Shown here: in pieces, positions 1-9,307 of the stretch
How the letters are laid out: the number at the start of each line of letters is the position of its first letter
How positions within the stretch are numbered: position 1 is the stretch's first letter
Assembly (NCBI GenBank): GCA_964437795.1
Contig: CAYTIC010000004.1
Coordinates: 3,475-67,474, forward strand
Length of the DNA: 64,000 nucleotides
From: an uncultured Dehalococcoidales bacterium
Lineage (GTDB): Bacteria; Chloroflexota; Dehalococcoidia; GIF9; UBA5629
Direction: 5' to 3'
The notes under the pieces: generated by a model
The model's input: only the letters and a program-made list of their open reading frames with translations
Told to the model about the DNA's origin: nothing
Database searches by the model: none
Position numbers and translations under genes: made by a program

Positions 1-1
1 C

Positions 2-424
2 TGCCTGAGGGACAATAACATCCCTCTGCCCGCAGCCTGCGTCTGCCTCTCGCCCTGGACCGACTTGGCCTTCACAGGAGAAACCTGGAAGACAAAACTC
101 GCGGCCGACCTGATCATTTATCCTTATAAGGAATACGCATTCGCCAAAATGTATCAGGGAGGTCTCGATCCGGCAACGCCCCTGGTGTCCCCGCTCTACG
201 CCGATTTGAAAGGATTGCCGCCCCTGCTGGTACAGGTGGGGACGGATGAAGTATTGCTCTCGGACTCAACGCGCCTGGCAGAGCGCGCTAAACAGGCCGG
301 GGTCAACGTGACCATCGAGGAGTGGGAAAAGATGCAACACGTATGGCAGTTCGCCTCCGGCTTTATCCCCGAAGGACGCCGCGCTGTCCAACGGATCGGC
401 GAGTTTATCGACAAATGGGCGTGA
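2..424 (+). CDS. alpha/beta-hydrolase (esterase/lipase, HSL-like fold-3) C-terminal fragment; 5' end lies outside the window
   Basis: Frame is open from nt 2 (…AACVCLSPWTDLAFTGETWK…) and continues into the listed ORF 65..424; C-terminal esterase-like sequence with no stop upstream. Confidence 0.6.
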   Translation, partial: CLRDNNIPLPAACVCLSPWTDLAFTGETWKTKLAADLIIYPYKEYAFAKMYQGGLDPATPLVSPLYADLKGLPPLLVQVGTDEVLLSDSTRLAERAKQAGVNVTIEEWEKMQHVWQFASGFIPEGRRAVQRIGEFIDKWA

Positions 425-477
425 ACCGGCGTATAATTTCTTAAAGGCTAATAAGATTATCATAGAAGTCAAATATT

Positions 478-687
478 ATGCAGGAGATTGAGTCAACTCA
501 ACCCCCGCAGAGCGAACCGGAACTGGCAGCGCTGAGGGCGAAGTCGGCCTCATTAGAGACGAGAATGAGGGAGCTTGTTCAGAAAATCGACGGCAATTCG
601 AATTACAGAAACGACATCATCTGGCTCGCACAGGAGATCAACAAGGTCCAGAAGCAGATCAAGGACCTGGGATCAAAGGACGTTTAA
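478..687 (+). CDS. hypothetical small coiled-coil protein (69 aa)
   Basis: ORF with charged, heptad-like sequence; weak RBS; no recognisable family. Confidence 0.3.
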   Translation: MQEIESTQPPQSEPELAALRAKSASLETRMRELVQKIDGNSNYRNDIIWLAQEINKVQKQIKDLGSKDV

Positions 688-702
688 AGGCGAACCCGAA
701 GG

Positions 703-720
703 TACACCCCTACAGGTGTA
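703..720 (+). terminator. weak hairpin (tacacc-cctaca-ggtgta) after the small ORF
   Basis: 6-bp stem, 6-nt loop, no U-tract. Confidence 0.25.
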
Positions 721-812
721 AATTCCAAGCTCCAAAAACCAAATTCCAATTAATATAATTCAAATTATGATTTTGGAATTGTTTGGAGTTTGGAATTTGG
801 TTATTGGAATTT
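721..812. repeat. AT-rich imperfect palindromic element with reiterated TTGGAATT/AATTCCAA motifs
   Basis: aattccaa(721-728) pairs with ttggaatt(773-780); ccaaattccaa(739-749) pairs with ttggaatttgg(~790-800); three direct ttggaattt copies; sits between convergent genes. Confidence 0.5.
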
Positions 813-1488
813 AGTGATCAACCGGCAGGTCCAATCCTCTTGAAACAGCCCGTTTTATAGCCCGCACTGCCTTTTGGTCGAAGCCGGCTATTTTCTCTGC
901 CAGCGCATCAGCTTCACTCAATAGATCGGGGCGCGGCACCACGCGGTTAACCAGCTTCATATCAAGCGCCTCTTGTGCGCCGACGCGGCGGCCGGTCAGC
1001 AGCAGGTCGAGGGCCGGGCCGGGTCCTATGGTGCGGGGCACGGTCTGCGTGGCCCCAGCTGCTGGGATGAAGCCCAGCGCCACTTCCGGCAGGCCGAATA
1101 CAGCGTCTCCGGAGGCTATTCTTATATCGCAGCACATGGCCATCTCGATGCCGGAGCCGAAGACATAGCCGTGCAGCGCAGCTATCACAGGCTGGGGCAG
1201 GCTCAGGAATAGGCCCCACACATCCCTGTGCCAGCGGACATGGCGGGCGGCCGTAGGCGCCGGGGCGGAGAGGAATTCGCTCAGATCTGCGCCGGCACAG
1301 AAGGCCTTCTCACCGGCGCCCTTTATTATGACAACGTGGACATCGCCATCGGTTTTGATTGCCGAGAGGGCCTCATGCAGCTCATCCCGCATGCGGACGT
1401 TATAGATATTCAATACGTGGGGGCGGTTGAGCGTAATATAAGCTATGTGCCCCCTCTTCTCGTAGAGGATGGTCTCGAATCCGCCCAT
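811..1488 (-). CDS. enoyl-CoA hydratase/isomerase (crotonase) family protein
   Basis: Crotonase motifs (…KGAGEKAFCAGADLSEF…); ATG at 1488 overlaps the upstream gene's stop (ATGA); tracker start 1491 is GTG. Confidence 0.85.
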   Translation of the reverse strand: MGGFETILYEKRGHIAYITLNRPHVLNIYNVRMRDELHEALSAIKTDGDVHVVIIKGAGEKAFCAGADLSEFLSAPAPTAARHVRWHRDVWGLFLSLPQPVIAALHGYVFGSGIEMAMCCDIRIASGDAVFGLPEVALGFIPAAGATQTVPRTIGPGPALDLLLTGRRVGAQEALDMKLVNRVVPRPDLLSEADALAEKIAGFDQKAVRAIKRAVSRGLDLPVDH

Positions 1489-2219
1489 CACTTCCCCTTG
1501 AACTCGGGCCTGCGCTTCTCTTTAAAGGCCGTGATACCCTCGGTCCGGTCTTCGGTGGTATGCAACAGGAAGTACAGGTCGCCCTCGAGCTGCAGCCCCT
1601 GTGACAGTGTCATGTCCAGCCCCTTATACACGGCCTCCTTGCAGTACCTCAGGGCCATCGATGCCTTGCCGGCCATCTCATTGCCCATAGCCAGTGCAAC
1701 ATCCAGCGTATCTTTAGCCGGCACTACCCGGCTGACCAGTCCGATCTGCAGGGCTTCGGCGGCCGTTACGGCCCGGCCTGTCAGCATCAGTTCCACAGCA
1801 TTTGCCCGGCCCACCAGGCGCGGCAACCGCTGCGTGGCGCCGTCAGAAGGAATTACACCACGATTGATGCCGGGTAACGAGAAGAGCGCTGTTCTGGCTG
1901 CGATCCTGATATCGCAGGCAAGCGCCAGCTCCAGGCCGATGCCTATGGCGTCCCCGTTAATGGCCGCGATTGTCGGGCAGTTGAGAGACGCCATAGGCGT
2001 TGCCAGCGAAAAACCGGCCTGCGCCCTTCGGTTGGCAGCAATGTCACTGCAAAAGACAGGGCCGCTGCCTGTGATGACAGCGGCCCTGATCTCCGTATCG
2101 TAATTCAGCTCATCGCATATTGCGGCAAGGTCCTCAGCCAGGGCGGGTCCGGGACTTCCCTTCGCCAGCCTGATCACGGCCAATCCGCAATCGCATTCGA
2201 GCCGTATACTTGAGCTCAT
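1488..2219 (-). CDS. enoyl-CoA hydratase/isomerase family protein
   Basis: Crotonase fold sequence (…AINGDAIGIGLELALACDIRIA…); operon with the adjacent genes. Confidence 0.85.
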   Translation of the reverse strand: MSSSIRLECDCGLAVIRLAKGSPGPALAEDLAAICDELNYDTEIRAAVITGSGPVFCSDIAANRRAQAGFSLATPMASLNCPTIAAINGDAIGIGLELALACDIRIAARTALFSLPGINRGVIPSDGATQRLPRLVGRANAVELMLTGRAVTAAEALQIGLVSRVVPAKDTLDVALAMGNEMAGKASMALRYCKEAVYKGLDMTLSQGLQLEGDLYFLLHTTEDRTEGITAFKEKRRPEFKGK

Positions 2220-2224
2220 AACGG

Positions 2225-3415
2225 CTACTTCTTGGCGGGCACTTCGGCCTGCAGGATCAGCTTTTTGGCCTTGAAGTCCTCGATTTGCTCCTTTGTAAAG
2301 CCGATCTCCAGCAGTACTTCGATGGTATGTTCGCCCAGCATAGGCCCGGGCCTTGCCACTTTACCCGGGGTCTCAGAGAACTCTGCGTTAATGCCCTGGA
2401 GCTGTACTTTGCCCCACTGGGGATGGTCCTGAAACTCGTACACGCCTGTGGCCTTGCAGTGAGGATCATTTGCCAGCAGGTCGACGATGCCCTGACCCTG
2501 TGCGGCGGGTACGCCCTGCATCGCCAGGAGCAGCGCCCAGGCGTTGGCGGGGGTGCTGAAGAATGTCTCCTCCAGTATGGCCGTGAGCTCTTTGTCGTGC
2601 TTTTTGCGTGCGCCGGCCGTGGCGAAGCGCCGGTCGGTTGTGAGGGCGGTCAGGCCCAATACCTTGCAGAGGGTTTTCCAATGCGCATCCTTGGGACAGT
2701 AAATGTAAAGCCAGCCGCCGTCGATGCCCTGGTAAAGACGGTCGAGCGCGCCCAGTCCCTTGATGTCCGGCTTGCCCAGGTATTTGCGCTTCATGCCCTT
2801 GTACTGGATGAAATTGCCCGACTGCAGCGTGACGGCCGAGCGCAGTAGCGAACTCTCCACGAACTGGCCCTGTCCCGTGCGCAGCTTATTGAAGAGCGCC
2901 AGCGATGCGCCGAAGGCGCCCAGCATGGGCCCCATCTCATCGTTCAGCTGTATCTTATGGAAGATCGGTGTCTTGCCGGGTCCGCCCTGTCCCAGCATCT
3001 GGCCGCTCATAGCCTGGAAAAGGGGATCGTATCCGGGCCTCTCGGCATCAGGACCTGTAGATCCGAATGCTGGCATGGAGACATATAGTATGTCCGGCTT
3101 GATCTTCTTGACCGTCTCATAGTCCATGCCGAGCTTTTTCATGATGCCCGGGCGGGAGTTTTCCACCACCATGTCGCAGGTGGCGATAAGCTTATAGGCG
3201 ATCGCCCTGGCCTCCTCCTTCCTGAGGTCGATAACTATGCCGCGCTTGCCGCGGTTTACGCCCATGAATCCGCCGGCCAGCATGCGCCAGGAATCTCCGT
3301 CGATGGGCTCGATCTTGATTACGTCGGCGCCAAGGTCGGCAAGTTCACGGCATACGCCGGCGCCGGCCAGCATGGTGGTAAAGTCTGCTACTCTGATCTT
3401 CTCTAATGCCATCAT
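2225..3415 (-). CDS. family III CoA-transferase (CaiB/BaiF/Frc family)
   Basis: N-terminal IRVADFTTMLAGAG…GADVIKIE motif; GGAGG RBS. Confidence 0.85.
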   Translation of the reverse strand: MMALEKIRVADFTTMLAGAGVCRELADLGADVIKIEPIDGDSWRMLAGGFMGVNRGKRGIVIDLRKEEARAIAYKLIATCDMVVENSRPGIMKKLGMDYETVKKIKPDILYVSMPAFGSTGPDAERPGYDPLFQAMSGQMLGQGGPGKTPIFHKIQLNDEMGPMLGAFGASLALFNKLRTGQGQFVESSLLRSAVTLQSGNFIQYKGMKRKYLGKPDIKGLGALDRLYQGIDGGWLYIYCPKDAHWKTLCKVLGLTALTTDRRFATAGARKKHDKELTAILEETFFSTPANAWALLLAMQGVPAAQGQGIVDLLANDPHCKATGVYEFQDHPQWGKVQLQGINAEFSETPGKVARPGPMLGEHTIEVLLEIGFTKEQIEDFKAKKLILQAEVPAKK

Positions 3416-3419
3416 TTTC

Positions 3420-4598
3420 TTATTTCCTCCTCGGAGCCAGTTTTATCACGTTTTCCTGCTTCAGTCTCTTGATCTCCTGCGCCGAATAACCCAGCTCTCT
3501 GAGCACTTCACGCGTGTGCTGGCCGGGCAGCGGCGAGGGTCCCTGTATCTTCCCCGGCGTGTCCGTCAGGGACACCGGAATTCCCATCTCCTTTACGTTG
3601 CCCTTTTTGGGATCTTTGACGGTCTGCACCATATCGCTGGCTATGACCTGCTTGTAAGCCATGAAGTCGTCGATATTTTGCACCGGCGCCACGGGGATGC
3701 TTGCGTCCACGAACTGCTTCATCCACTGCTCGCGCGTCTTGGTCTTGTAGAGGGGCTTGAGCATGGACATGACCTGCGCGTTGCGGGGCGGGAAGATAAG
3801 GAATGGAGCTCCCTCAAAAAGCGGGTCGGTCAGCCATTCATCGTGGCCCAGCTCAACGGCAAACTGCATGAAGAATTTAGGATTGCCAAGTCCTGTGAAC
3901 AGCCACTCGCCATCCTTGCACTGGTACGGCCGGTATAGCGGCATGGGCCCTGTGGGACCCCAGGGGGCGCGGAACATGCCCTCGAAATCGACGTTGAACT
4001 GACGGAAGGTGCTCAGGATGGTGCGGAAAAGCGAGACATCGATCCTCTGCCCCCTGCCGGTCTTCTCGCGCACGCATAGGCCGGATACGATGTAGAAGGC
4101 TGCGTCTACAGCGGTATAAAGGCTTGCCAGCGGCAGCACCACGAAGAGCGGGTGCGTCGCCAGTCCCTGCTCGTTGTAAACAGAGGCCACCGTGCTGACG
4201 ATCTGGTCGTAGCCGGCCCAGCCTGCGTAAGGCCCGGTGCGGCCGAATCCCGAGATCGAGCAGTAGACAGCCCGCGGATTCAATTCCTTTACCTTGTCGT
4301 AGCCGATGCCCAGCTTGTCTGCTGTGCCCGGTTTGAAGTTCTCGATGATAACATCGGCTTTTTTAGCCAGGTCGAGGGCGATCTTGAGGCCCTCGGGCTT
4401 CTTCAGGTCCAGCGTGATACCTTTCTTGCTGCGGTTCCAGACCATGAACCCGTCCTGGTCGCGCATGGGGTCCCCACCCGGCCTTTCAACCTTGATGACT
4501 TCGGCGCCCTGATCCGCCAGCAGCGCGGCCGCGAACGGTCCCGCAATGTACTGGCCGAAATCGAGCACCCTGATACCGGATAATGCTCCTTGTGACAT
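3420..4598 (-). CDS. family III CoA-transferase (CaiB/BaiF/Frc family)
   Basis: IRVLDFGQYIAGPFAAALLADQGAEVIKVE; AGGAGG RBS. Confidence 0.85.
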   Translation of the reverse strand: MSQGALSGIRVLDFGQYIAGPFAAALLADQGAEVIKVERPGGDPMRDQDGFMVWNRSKKGITLDLKKPEGLKIALDLAKKADVIIENFKPGTADKLGIGYDKVKELNPRAVYCSISGFGRTGPYAGWAGYDQIVSTVASVYNEQGLATHPLFVVLPLASLYTAVDAAFYIVSGLCVREKTGRGQRIDVSLFRTILSTFRQFNVDFEGMFRAPWGPTGPMPLYRPYQCKDGEWLFTGLGNPKFFMQFAVELGHDEWLTDPLFEGAPFLIFPPRNAQVMSMLKPLYKTKTREQWMKQFVDASIPVAPVQNIDDFMAYKQVIASDMVQTVKDPKKGNVKEMGIPVSLTDTPGKIQGPSPLPGQHTREVLRELGYSAQEIKRLKQENVIKLAPRRK

Positions 4599-4625
4599 GG
4601 GTAACCTCCTTATTACTTGCTAAGC

Positions 4626-6089
4626 TCACTTGCATGAGCTGGTAATCAAACGTATATAGAAGCTGATCATCTCTGCATAGCTGTCGATTTTGATGTGCTC
4701 GTTAATTCCGTGTATCGACGGCAGTTCATCCGACCTGATGCGCTCGGGAGCAAACCGGTAGCAACAGGGCGACATGTCTACGAAATAGCTGCAGTCGGTC
4801 CTGCTCTGCACGAGCGTGGGCGCCACTATGGCATCGGGCATGGTCTCTCTGATGGCGTTGTTGAGCATGCCGAAGCTCCATCCGGTGGTGGGTGAGGTGG
4901 GTGCGGGCTCAAAGATGTTGCCGGGAAGGGGACTTATTTTAATACGCGGATCGGCTATCACGTCCGTCACACGCTTGATCACGCTTTCAACGCTGTCACC
5001 CTGTAATATACGGAAGTTGATCATAGCCGTCGCCAGCATGGGCAGTATGTTATCCCGTTCGCTGCCCTGGAACTGGGTGGGGGCCGTGGTGGTCCTGAGG
5101 AAAGCGTCGGTCGCGGGTTTTGCTGACATTTGCCGTTTAACCAGGCCCCTGAACAGCCACATGTTGGCGAAGATCATCTTTGCGGGGAAGGGCATCTCCG
5201 GCCCCAGGTAGTCGAAAAGGGAAGCCGCAGGACCCGTAAGGCGCGCCGGGAAAGGCCTTGCCTGAAGCCTGGCGATGGCCGCCGCCAGTATGCCGACGGT
5301 GGTCTGGCGTGGAGGCTGAGACGAATGGCCGCCCGACGCCTCGGCTCTCAACTCCAGCGATAAATAGCCCTTTTCGGCTGTGCCTACCAGGGCTACCCAG
5401 CCAGGTATGCCTGCCGCGATCCCCTGAGTGACCGCCATGCCTTCGTCTATGATGTATTCGAACTTCAGCCCCTGTGCCCTGAGATGTTGGGCGATCTTGC
5501 GTGCCCCCTCGTTGCCGCCAACCTCTTCGTCGAAGCCGGAGGCCAGGTAGATCGAACGGGACGGTTGGAAACCATCCTTCACAAGGTACTCGATAGCCTC
5601 CATCATGCTCAGCAGGCTGCCTTTATCGTCCAGCGTTCCCCTGCCCCAGATGAAGCCGTCGGCTATCTTCCCGGAGAAGGGAGGATGCTCCCATCCATCA
5701 TCTGAAGCCGGTATAACGTCCTGGTGTGCTATCAACAATATGGGTTTCAGGCCCGCATCGCTTCCTTTCCATGTATAAAGCAGACCGTAGCTGTTTATAA
5801 CCTGCTTTTGCAGGACGGCGTGCGCACGTGGGAAGGATTTTTCAAGGAAATTATGGAAAGCCGAAAACTGGCTGAAGTCGAACTCGGAACGGTCGAGGCT
5901 GGAGACCGTTTTGAATGTAATGGCCTCGGAGAGGCGCGTGACGGCGGCGTCAACGTCTAAAGCATAGGTTATTTTGGCAGCGGGGGTTGTCTGTCTGGAC
6001 TTATAGGTGGCAGTCCTGACCGCAACGACGGCTATGATTATTAAGATGGCCAGTGCCGCGAGCGACACTGCTATGACCCAAGGTAACAT
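4626..6089 (-). CDS. membrane-anchored M20 family peptidase/amidohydrolase (Cps1/PM20D1-like)
   Basis: M20 motifs (LIAHQDVIP…GRGTLDDKG…SGFDEEVGG); the N-terminal TM helix follows a GAGGAG RBS if the start is 6089; the tracker start 6149 (ATG) has no RBS. Confidence 0.75.
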   Translation of the reverse strand: MLPWVIAVSLAALAILIIIAVVAVRTATYKSRQTTPAAKITYALDVDAAVTRLSEAITFKTVSSLDRSEFDFSQFSAFHNFLEKSFPRAHAVLQKQVINSYGLLYTWKGSDAGLKPILLIAHQDVIPASDDGWEHPPFSGKIADGFIWGRGTLDDKGSLLSMMEAIEYLVKDGFQPSRSIYLASGFDEEVGGNEGARKIAQHLRAQGLKFEYIIDEGMAVTQGIAAGIPGWVALVGTAEKGYLSLELRAEASGGHSSQPPRQTTVGILAAAIARLQARPFPARLTGPAASLFDYLGPEMPFPAKMIFANMWLFRGLVKRQMSAKPATDAFLRTTTAPTQFQGSERDNILPMLATAMINFRILQGDSVESVIKRVTDVIADPRIKISPLPGNIFEPAPTSPTTGWSFGMLNNAIRETMPDAIVAPTLVQSRTDCSYFVDMSPCCYRFAPERIRSDELPSIHGINEHIKIDSYAEMISFYIRLITSSCK

Positions 6090-6228
6090 GATGGCCGCTC
6101 CTCTGCCGGTTTCTGACACGGAAATTGTAGCATAACGGCTCGATTGCATCCATTACGCCGATGTAGTATAGTGCGTTGAATTTGTATTGCGGGGCAGGGC
6201 GGCGGACGGGAAACAGGAGGTGACAGCT

Positions 6229-7527
6229 ATGGCAAACGTGACCGGCCAGAATGAGGTAAAAGAGTACAAGACAGGCGGCTGGAGCGCGCATTACGTCCTT
6301 ATCATCTGTACTCTGCTGTATGCCATCAACTACATGGACAGGCAGGTGTTCTCGGTTATCCTGCAGCCCATGAAAATGGAGCTGGGCCTGTCCGACGCCG
6401 AGTGCGGGCTGGCTTCAACCGTGCTCATACTGGGCATGGCGCTATTCTCCTTCCCCATCGCACATATGATCGACCGCTGGAGCCGCCGGAAATCGATCGG
6501 CCTTATGGCTATTTTATGGAGCGGTTTCACCTTTCTGACCGGCCTGGCGACCAACTTCGTCGGAGTGCTCTTCCCGCGCGCCTTCGTGGGCCTGGGTGAG
6601 GCCGGCTTCGTGCCGGGCGGCACCGCCATGATCAGCGCCTCGTATTCTAAGGAGAAGCGTGGCCGTGCCCTGGGCATCTTCCACATTGCCATCCCGCTGG
6701 GTGCGGCAGTGGGCGTTATGCTGGGCGGCATCATCTCCGCCAAGTTCGGCTGGCGCACACCCTTCTACTATTTCGCCATACCCGGCGTAATCCTGGGTAT
6801 ACTGGCCTTCTTCATGAAGGACTATAAAACGGCTGTGGACGCTGGGGCATCGACGGGAGTCAAGGGCTTTTTTGTTGCGCTGGGCAACGTGCTGAAGCTA
6901 CCCACAATTAAATGGTTCTACCCCGCCCTGGGGCTGGCCGTCTTCATGTCCACATCGGTGCTGATCTGGCTGCCCAGCTTGATCATGCGAGTTATGAACG
7001 TCTCCGAGGCTACCGCCGGCATGCTGGTGGGTGGAATCGGACTGACCGCCATCATCGGCGCCCCCCTGGGCGGAGTGCTCTCGGATTTCTGGCGCAAGAG
7101 AAACCCGCGCGGCAGAATGTACGTGCCGGCCGTGGCCTACCTGATCTCCGCTGTGCTGATCGTGATCGTCATATTGACAAAGTTCAGCCCCGTGGGCATC
7201 GCGCTGGCCGTGCTTTACGGCATCGCCGCCTCTATGGCTGTACCGGCCTTCGCCACGGTTTCGCAGGACATCGTGCCGGTGGCGCATAAGGGCCTATCCA
7301 TGGGGCTGGTGGTATTTGCCCAGTATCTGTTCGGCGGAGCCTGGGGCCCATGGCTGATAGGCTGGCTTTCCGACCTGCTGGGCGGCGGCGCCGAAGGGCT
7401 GAGCGTCGCTGTCATGCTCTCGGCAATAGCAGGGGTACTGGGAGGCATATTCTTCCTCATCGCCGCACGCACGTACCCGGCCGACGCCGAGAAGGTCAGG
7501 CAGGAGACGCTGCTGGCCGAGGCCTGA
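6229..7527 (+). CDS. MFS transporter (first of three paralogs in the window)
   Basis: 12-TM MFS sequence; AGGAGG RBS 7 nt before ATG 6229. Confidence 0.8.
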   Translation: MANVTGQNEVKEYKTGGWSAHYVLIICTLLYAINYMDRQVFSVILQPMKMELGLSDAECGLASTVLILGMALFSFPIAHMIDRWSRRKSIGLMAILWSGFTFLTGLATNFVGVLFPRAFVGLGEAGFVPGGTAMISASYSKEKRGRALGIFHIAIPLGAAVGVMLGGIISAKFGWRTPFYYFAIPGVILGILAFFMKDYKTAVDAGASTGVKGFFVALGNVLKLPTIKWFYPALGLAVFMSTSVLIWLPSLIMRVMNVSEATAGMLVGGIGLTAIIGAPLGGVLSDFWRKRNPRGRMYVPAVAYLISAVLIVIVILTKFSPVGIALAVLYGIAASMAVPAFATVSQDIVPVAHKGLSMGLVVFAQYLFGGAWGPWLIGWLSDLLGGGAEGLSVAVMLSAIAGVLGGIFFLIAARTYPADAEKVRQETLLAEA

Positions 7528-7601
7528 ACGAACTATTGACCTGCTTGTGTTAGCTGTGTGTTAAAATAGTCTATTACGCATTAAAAAAAGGAGGTAATTG
7601 C

Positions 7602-8522
7602 ATGGGTTTACTGGACGGTAAGGTTGTCGTTATCACCGGCTCGGGGCGAGGCCTGGGAAAGGCCGAGGCGCTGCTCTTCGCATCGGAAGGCGCCAAGGTC
7701 GTTATCAATGACCTGGGCGGTGGTGCTGACGGCGCCGGAGCCGCATCTGTACCGGCCGACGAGGTCGTGGCCGAGATCAAGAAAATGGGCGGCCAGGCCG
7801 TGGCCAACTACGATTCGGTGGCCACCTGGAAGGGCGGCGAGGCCATAATCAAGGCCGCCGTCGACGCCTTCGGCAAAATAGACATACTGGTCAACAACGC
7901 GGGCATCCTGCGCGACCGCATGGTCTTCAATATGACCGAAGACGAGTGGGACATCATACAGAAGGTGCACCTCTACGGGCACTTTTTCTGCACGCGGCAC
8001 GCCACTGCCTTCTTCCGACAGCAGCGTAGCGGCCGCATCATCAACACATCTTCGCAGGCCGGCCTGGGCAACCTGGGACAGGCCAACTACAGCGCAGCCA
8101 AGGAAGGCATCGTGGGCTTCACGCGCACCGTGGCCCTGGATATGGGCAAATACGGCGTGACCTGCAACTGCATACGTCCTATCGCCGCTACACGTCTAAC
8201 CCTGACACCGGAGCTGCAGGCGGCCATGGAGAAAAAGGCCAAGGAAGGCGGCAGCGGGCTGGGGCTGGATATCGGCGCAGAGCTGAAAAAAATGGCGCCC
8301 GAACATATTGCCCCGCTGGTTGTTTTTCTGGCAACCGATGCCGCGGGCGGAATCAACGGCAAGACGTTCTTTGTGGGTGGAGGCGAGGTTGGGTTATACT
8401 CCGAGCCAACCATCGTTTCCAGCATCTTCAAAGACGGTGTATGGACGGTCAAAGAGCTGGCCGACCTTATGCCCAAGAGCCTGACCAAGGGCATGGTGCC
8501 CCCGCCGCCGCAGCCGAAATAG
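7602..8522 (+). CDS. SDR family oxidoreductase (3-hydroxyacyl-CoA dehydrogenase/MFE-2-like)
   Basis: TGSGRGLG Rossmann motif, NNAG, YSAAK catalytic motif; AAGGAGG RBS. Confidence 0.85.
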   Translation: MGLLDGKVVVITGSGRGLGKAEALLFASEGAKVVINDLGGGADGAGAASVPADEVVAEIKKMGGQAVANYDSVATWKGGEAIIKAAVDAFGKIDILVNNAGILRDRMVFNMTEDEWDIIQKVHLYGHFFCTRHATAFFRQQRSGRIINTSSQAGLGNLGQANYSAAKEGIVGFTRTVALDMGKYGVTCNCIRPIAATRLTLTPELQAAMEKKAKEGGSGLGLDIGAELKKMAPEHIAPLVVFLATDAAGGINGKTFFVGGGEVGLYSEPTIVSSIFKDGVWTVKELADLMPKSLTKGMVPPPPQPK

Positions 8523-8530
8523 AATATTTT

Positions 8531-8570
8531 TGCTATAGTATCAGCGGCGGTATTGATACCGCCGCTGATA
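8531..8570. other. perfect inverted repeat (19-bp arms) immediately after the SDR stop and before the tlyA start
   Basis: atagtatcagcggcggtat-tg-ataccgccgctgatactat; the reverse complement is identical except the central 2 nt. Confidence 0.6.
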
Positions 8571-8575
8571 CTATT

Positions 8576-9307
8576 ATGTCCAAACAACGTCTCGATAGTC
8601 TGCTGGTGGCCAGGGGCCTGGCTGAGAACAGGAGCAGGGCCCAGGCCATTATAATGGCAGGTGAGGTGACCGTTGACGGAAGTGTGCAGACCAAAGCGGG
8701 CTGCCCTGTGCCGGAAGACTGCGAAATACTCCTCAAAGAGAAGATGCCCTATGTAAGCAGGGGCGGCCTCAAGCTTGAACATGCCCTGAAGGAGTTCGGC
8801 ATAAATGTATCCGGCCTGGCCTGCCTGGATGTAGGCGCATCGACAGGGGGATTCACCGATTGCCTGCTGCAGCACGGGGCCGAAAAGGTTTACGCTCTTG
8901 ATGTCGGCTATGGACAAATAGATTACCGTCTGAGGCAGGACGAGCGCGTTACAGTATTTGAGAAGGTCAACGCACACTACCCCTTCGAACTACCCGGTAA
9001 GGTAGGCTTGGCCACCATGGATGTCTCATTCATATCGGTGACCATGGTTATACCCAACGTCCTTACGCACCTGAGTCCCGGTGGCGAGATGGTCGTCCTT
9101 TTCAAGCCGCAATTCGAGGCGGACAGGAAGGATGTGGGGAAGGGAGGTGTGATCAGGGACCCAGCGGTCCATGCCGGGTGCATAGGCAAATTCGTAACAT
9201 GGATGAATTCAAATAGCTGGACGCTTCTGAACTTAACGGCGTCACCCATTTCCGGCGCCGATGGAAACAGGGAGTTTTTAATACATATGAGGCCGTTCAA
9301 GCCGTGA
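8576..9307 (+). CDS. tlyA: TlyA-family rRNA 2'-O-methyltransferase (hemolysin A-like), S4 domain + FtsJ-like MTase
   Basis: RLDSLLVARGLAENRSRAQAII (S4) and LDVGASTGGFTDCLL (SAM motif); in-frame ATG at 8576 just after the palindrome. Confidence 0.8.
   Translation: MSKQRLDSLLVARGLAENRSRAQAIIMAGEVTVDGSVQTKAGCPVPEDCEILLKEKMPYVSRGGLKLEHALKEFGINVSGLACLDVGASTGGFTDCLLQHGAEKVYALDVGYGQIDYRLRQDERVTVFEKVNAHYPFELPGKVGLATMDVSFISVTMVIPNVLTHLSPGGEMVVLFKPQFEADRKDVGKGGVIRDPAVHAGCIGKFVTWMNSNSWTLLNLTASPISGADGNREFLIHMRPFKP

Noticed and set aside
973-4583. Numerous long antisense or overlapping ORFs (e.g. 1228-2103, 2285-2848, 3237-3938, 4152-4583)
   Set aside because: They are typical high-GC shadow ORFs fully embedded in well-supported homologous genes on the opposite strand; they have Arg/Ala/Pro-rich low-complexity translations and no RBS.
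7536-7567. Promoter TTGACC … TGTTAAAAT upstream of the SDR gene
   Set aside because: The spacer between the -35 and the best -10 is ~20 nt, too long, and the alternative -10 (TGTTAA) is poor; not reported as a feature.
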